Part shown: in pieces, positions 58,650-64,000 of the stretch
Layout of the letters: each line of letters starts with the position of its first letter
Numbering within the stretch: the first letter of the stretch is position 1
NCBI RefSeq assembly: GCF_963921235.1
Contig: NC_086107.1
Span: 115,818,001 to 115,882,000, forward strand
DNA: 64,000 bases
Source of the DNA: Mobula hypostoma
Taxonomy: Eukaryota
Direction of reading: 5' to 3'
Translations under genes and position numbers: made by a program
The notes under the pieces: model-generated
What the model was told of the DNA's origin: nothing
Database searches by the model: none
The model's input: only the letters and a program-made list of their open reading frames with translations

Positions 58650-61600
58650 GGGAACACTTCAGCTCTGGTGACCATCGTCCTGTTAATTTTAATTTAGTGA
58701 TGGAAAAGGACAAGGCGGCCCATGGTTTGGAATGCTAAACTAGAGCAAGGCTGATTTTGGGAGAATTGGGCAGGATCTACCAGAGGTCGGTTGGGTGAGC
58801 CGGTTTCAGATGAATGGATGGCAAACGGGAGGCTTGAAGAGCGTGGTATCAGGAGTTCAAAGACTGCATGTTCCTGTTAGGGTAAGGTTAACTTGGCAAG
58901 TGTACAGGACAAGAGATGTTGAGGCTCTGGTCAAGAAAAATGAAGCATACATTGAGTCTAGGCCTCTCAAAGTCCAACCCAAGTCCCCATCGTGAGAGGT
59001 GGAAATGAGTGAGACCAGCCAACAGGGCTCTGGTGAAGATGTACGGGCCAATCCCCTGTAGCGTGGATGCAATGGGTTACAGAAACATTGACAAACTCCA
59101 ACCATACCATCGACTTTGGACAATGGAGATGGGAGGTCAACAATGGCCTACTCTCCACTGGGACCCAAGGGCCCAAGAAGACGACATTGGGTCTAGGAGG
59201 TGGGCATAAAGTGAATCTCTTTATAACTGTAGAAAGAATAAGACTATTCTTAAGTGGAAAATCAGGAGGGCAAAGAGAGTATGAGATGGATCTGGCAAGT
59301 AAGGTCAAGGAAAATTCTGAGAGGTTCTACAGGTATATTAAGAATAAAAGGGTAGAGCAGGGCCACCTATGTCTGGATCCACAGGAGTTGTGTGGAAATG
59401 TTAACAAATTTTTCTCCTTAGTCTTTATCAAGGAGCTTATCATGGTTGCTCAGGAGATAAAGAAGACAAGTGGAGATATTTTGGAGGATATTCATGTTAT
59501 AAGGGAGAAGGTATTTGCAAACTGACAACACATCAAGGAGGATACATCCTGAGGGCCTGGCTGTGTGCACCTTCAGACTGTGTGGGAAGCTTGAGAAGAA
59601 ATAGTGGAGGCCCTCGTGGAGATATTTGCCTCATCAATAGCCCCGATGAAGTTCCAAAGACTGGAATGTTGTTTCGGAGGGAGGGAACGTTGTTGTTTCA
59701 TTGTAGCAAGGACAAGCCAGGGAGTTGCAGGCCAGGTCAGCCTGTCATCAGTGGCTGGGATGTTTCTGGACGGATTCTGAGGCACAGGATCTACCAGTAT
59801 ATAGACAGACAGTCTGACAGGAGGAGTGAGCATGGTTTTGTGTGTGAAGTCATGTTTGACAAATCTTTTAGAGTGTTTTGAAGTATCTGTAAAGGATTAT
59901 GAGGATAGGGCAGTGGATATTGTCTATTAGGACTTTGACGTGGTCCTGCATGGGAGGCTGGTCTGGAAGGTTAGATCCCATGGAATCGGGGAAGGGATGG
60001 TTAAGTGGGTTCAGATTGGCTCAGAGGGTGCGGGCTGAAAGTAGTTTCTTGGAATGGCTAGTGATTAGTGTTGTGCCACAAGGGTTGGTGTTGAGACCCT
60101 GGTTATCTGTTGTTTTTAGAAATTATTTGGATGAAAATGCACAAAGCCTGAAAAGCAGGTGGGTATAAGAAACACAAAGTTGATAGATGACACAAAATAC
60201 ATCTGGATGACCGAGTTTGCAGATGATACAAACGTAGGTGGAGGAGCGAGTGGTGTTGAGGAAGCCGAGAGGCTACAGAAGGACTTAGACAGATTAGGAG
60301 AATGAACAGAGAAATGGCAGATGGAATACAGGAAGTGTGTGGTCGTGTGCTTCGTATACTGTGATTGATTTATTTACTTTTCTTCTTCTATATTACATAT
60401 TGCATTGAACTGCTGCTGCTAAGTTAACAAATTTCATAACACATGCCAGTGATAATAAACCTGATTCTGACTCTGAAATAAAAGCATAGAGTATTTTCTA
60501 AATGAAGAGAATCTTTTTAAAAACTGATACACAAAGGGACTTGGGAGTCCTTGTGCAGGATTCTCTAAAGGTTAATTTGCAGGTTGAGTCTGTGGTGAGG
60601 AAGGCAAATACAATGTTAGCATTCATTTCAAGAGGACTTGGAGTATAAAAGCAAGAATGTATTGTTAAGGCTTTATAAAGCCCTGATGAGGCCTTGTTGT
60701 GAACAATTTTAAGCCCCTTATTTAAGAAAGGATATGCTGACATTGGAGAAGGTCAAACGGAGTTTCACAAAAATGATTCAGGATTGAAAGGCTTGTCATA
60801 CCAGGAGGCTTGATGACTCTGGGCTGTACTCTCTGGAATTCAGAAGAATGAGGGAAGGTCTCATTGAAACCTATTGAATGGTGAAAGACCTCAATAGGGT
60901 GGATGTGGAGAGGATGTTTCCTATGGTGGGAAAGTATAAGAACAGGGGATCCAGCTTTAGAATCGATGGATGTCCACCTAGGATGGAGATGAGGAGGAAT
61001 TTCTTCAGCCAGAGTGGTGAATCTGTGGAATTCTTTGCCACAGGCAGCTGTGGAGGCCAAATCATTGGGTATACATAAACCAGAGTTTGGTAGATTCTTG
61101 ACTAGTCAGGGCACAAACGGTTACAGGGAGGAGGCAAGAGACTAGGGCTGAGAGTGAAATGGATCAGCCATGATGAAATGACAGAGCAGGCTCGATGGGC
61201 CGAATGGCCTAATTCTGCTCCTTTATCTTATGGTCTTTTGCGAATTAGGAGGTGGTCTTTTGAAAATCAATACAGAGAAGTGTGAGGTGATGCATTCAAG
61301 AAAGCATAGGACTTGCACTATGAATAGTGGGGGCATGAGGGAGTGTTATGGAACAGAGGGATCTGGGAGTACAAGTGGAGATGGTTAAAAAAAGATGTTT
61401 AGCACACTAGCCTTCATCAGTCAGGGCACGGAGTACGGGAATCAGGTCACGTGTTACAGTTGTACAAGTTGTTGGTCAGACCGTACTTGGAGTATTGTGT
61501 TCAGTTCTGGTCACTCACCTTGCTATGTTAGAGATAGGTTTAAACTGGAAAGAGTACCGAGGAGATTTATGAGGACGTTGCTAGGATTACAGGGAGGTTG

Positions 61601-62075
61601 GCCACGCTAAGACTTTATACCCTGGAATGCAGGAGAATGAGAAATGACCACATAAAAATGTTAAAAATTATTTATTTATTGAGATAAAGTGTGGAATAGG
61701 CTCTGAGCTGCTGCCACCCAGCAACCCCAGTAAACCTGCAAACCAGTACGTCTTTGGAGTGTGCGAGGAAACGAGCGCCTGAAAGAAACCCACAGGTCAC
61801 AGGGAGAATGTGCAAATTCCTCACGGACACTGAACCCCGGGTCACTGGCACAGAGCGTTGTGCTAAGAGGCTTGGATAAGGTGGATGGTGACAGTCTTTT
61901 CCCCAGGGTAGCAGAGTCAAAATTAGATGGCATAGGTTTAGGATGAGAGAAGAGAGGTTCATAACAGAATTGAAGGGCAGTTTTTCCCACACAGAGGGTC
62001 TATGAAATGAGTTGCCAGAGGAAAAGGATGAGTCAGGTATAATAGAATCATTTAAGAGGCGCTTGGACAGGTACA
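58650..62075 (+). mobile_element. Cluster of degraded CR1 fragments, with a minus-strand V-SINE-like insertion at ~61680-61865
   Basis: KREYEMDLASKVKENSERFYRYIKNKR, FADDT, ERMFPMVG; SINE core gtacgtctttggagtgtg..gaaacccacaggtcacagggagaatgtgcaaa. Confidence 0.8.
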
Positions 62076-62077
62076 TG

Positions 62078-62862
62078 ACTGAGAGACACTGGTCAGTGTA
62101 CAGATCTCCCCTGAGAGAGAGGGACTGAGAGACACCAGGCAGTGTACAGATCTCCCCCTGAGAGACACTGGTCAGTATACAGATCTCCCCCTGAGAGACA
62201 CCGGTCAGTGTACAGAACTCCCCCTGAGAGAGAGAGACTGAGGGAAGAGAAAGAGGGAGACTGAGGGACAAGAGAAAGAGAGACTGAGGGACACTGGTCA
62301 GCGTACATGTCTCCCCTCAGGAGAGAGGGACTCTGGTCTGTGTACAGATCTCGCCCTGAGAGAGAGGGACTGAGAGACACTGGTCAAATATACAGATCTT
62401 CCCCTGAGAGCGGGACTGGGGGACAAGAGAGGGACTGAGAGATTAGAGAGAGAAGGGGACTGAAAGACAAGAGAGAGAATGGGACAAAGGGATGAGAGAG
62501 CGAGTGACTGAGGGACACTGGTCAGTGTACAGATCTCCCCCTGAGAGAGAGGGAGTGAGAGACACCGGTCAGTGTACAGATCTCCCCTGAGAGAGAGGGA
62601 CTGAGAGACACCGGTCAGTGTACAGATCTCCCCTGAGAGAGAGGGACTGAGAGACACCGGTCAGTGTACAGATCTCCCCTGAGAGAGAGGGACTGAGAGA
62701 CACCGGTCAGTGTACAGATCTGTCCATGTGAGAGAGAGACTGAGAGACACCGGTCAGTGTACAGATCTCCCTGTGAGAGAGGGACTGAGAGACACCGGTC
62801 AGTGTACAGATCTCCCCTGAGAGAGAGGGACTGAGAGACACCGGTCAGTGTACAGATCTCCA
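62078..62862. repeat. 46-47-bp satellite array, partly degenerate
   Basis: Same unit as 54310-55642. Confidence 0.95.
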
Positions 62863-63344
62863 ACTAAGAGAACGGGACTGATAGACAATGTAGAAATCTC
62901 CTCACTTTCCTTCCATTCCTCCATCCAAACTCTCCCGTTCTGCTGTTACCTCTGCCTGCCTCTCAACTATTTCCCTCCCTCCTCCCTCAATCCCCTCATC
63001 TCCCTCATTTCTCACACATCCCTCACATTTGCTCTCCTTCCCCCTCTCACAGCCCTCCTTCCCCTACATTACTTTCCCTGCACCCTGCCTTCTGACTCAC
63101 ACTCTCCCCCACATCTCCTTCTCCTCTCCCTCCTACCAATGTCCCTCTCCCTCCATCCTTGCTCTCCCTTATCTCCATTTTTCATTCATCTTTACCCTCT
63201 CTCTCCCATATCTCCATATGCCCCCTTCTTCATCTCCCTTCCCTTTCCCTCTCTCCCCCACTATTGCTCGCATCTCTCTCCCCTTTCTCCCTCTCTGCCC
63301 CCTCCCCTCTATCTCACCACTTCCCCCTCCCATCCCCTCCCCGA

Positions 63345-63832
63345 ATCAAAGTTCAAAGTAAATGTATTATCGCGTACAGAAATGTCACCATATACAACCC
63401 TGAGATTCATTTTCTTTCGGGCATTCTCAATAAATCCAATAATCATAATAGAATCAATGAGAGACCGCATCAAGAGGGCGGACAACCGGTGTGCGAAAGA
63501 CAACAAACTGCAAATACAGAAATAATATATAAACAATAAACATTGAGAACATGAGATGAGTCCTTAAAGTGAGTCCATACGTTGTGGGAGCAGGTCAGTG
63601 GTGGAGTGAGTGAAGAAGTTATCCCCTCTGGTTCAGGAGTCTGATGGTTGAGGGGTAATAACTGTTCCCGAACCCGGTGGTGTGGGTCCCGAGGCTCCTG
63701 GACCTCCTTCCCGATGGCAGCAGCGAGGAGAGAGCACGTCCTGGGTGGTGGGGGTCCCTGATGGTGGATGCTGCTTTCCTGCGACAGCGCTCCGTGCAGA
63801 TGTGCTGAATGGCGAGGAAGGCTTTACCCGTA
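63345..63832 (-). mobile_element. Rex1-like LINE 3' fragment
   Basis: RKAASTIRDPHHPGRALSSLLPSGRR...SYYPSTIRLLN; tail tttactttgaactttga. Confidence 0.85.
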
Positions 63833-63859
63833 ATGGTGGATGAATATATCACCCGCTCT

Positions 63860-64000
63860 CCCTCCCTCCTTACCTGCCACGCAGAAAAGCGCCGCTCCCG
63901 CCATCTCCGCAACCCGTCTCGGTGGAGGGTTTGGCGGGCGGGCGGGCGGGCGGGGGAGGGGGGGATGGCCGGTGGCTGCTCTGGCGGCGCTGCCGAGGGC
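63860..64000 (-). promoter_or_regulatory. CpG-rich first exon / 5' UTR / promoter edge of SEZ6L2
   Basis: High CpG density and (GGGC)n runs around exon 1; continues past the window edge. Confidence 0.55.
63874..63904 (-). CDS. SEZ6L2: SEZ6L2-like exon 1 (start codon, N-terminal part of signal peptide, MAGAALFCVA)
   Basis: gagATGG start context in a CpG-rich stretch; strong donor AG|gtaagg; phase 1 joins exon 2 to give hydrophobic MAGAALFCVAGLLANSLFLPRSLG. Confidence 0.7.

Overview
Eukaryotic, repeat-rich vertebrate genomic DNA. The repeat families (CR1, Rex1/Babar, Tx1, Penelope, V-SINE-like, Tc1) suggest a cartilaginous fish, probably a ray; this is inference. Two spliced genes lie on the minus strand. 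(1) A complete 18-exon SEZ6L2-like gene runs from ATG 63904 to stop 26830. Its exon phases join into 896 aa: signal peptide, Thr-rich region, 3 CUB and 5 sushi domains, TM helix and cytoplasmic tail. (2) Directly downstream is a DOC2A-like gene from ATG 18143, with a Munc13-interacting domain, C2A, linker and first C2B exon (to 707); it continues past the left edge. Introns are filled with nested retroelements and GC-rich minisatellites. Almost all long ORFs in the ORF track are repeat artefacts. Most notable: a ~200-bp element with a 13-bp TSD, formed by a 61-bp hairpin whose loop is a minimal hammerhead-ribozyme motif (Penelope-derived family, several copies); a 7.6-kb C/U tract with no AG seen, directly upstream of SEZ6L2 exon 7; G-rich starts and C-rich ends in many introns; intronic echoes of exon ends; an obligatory GC-AG intron in DOC2; an NPxY-to-NPLF change in the SEZ6L2 tail; and an orphan exon that could give an alternative C-terminus or read-through.
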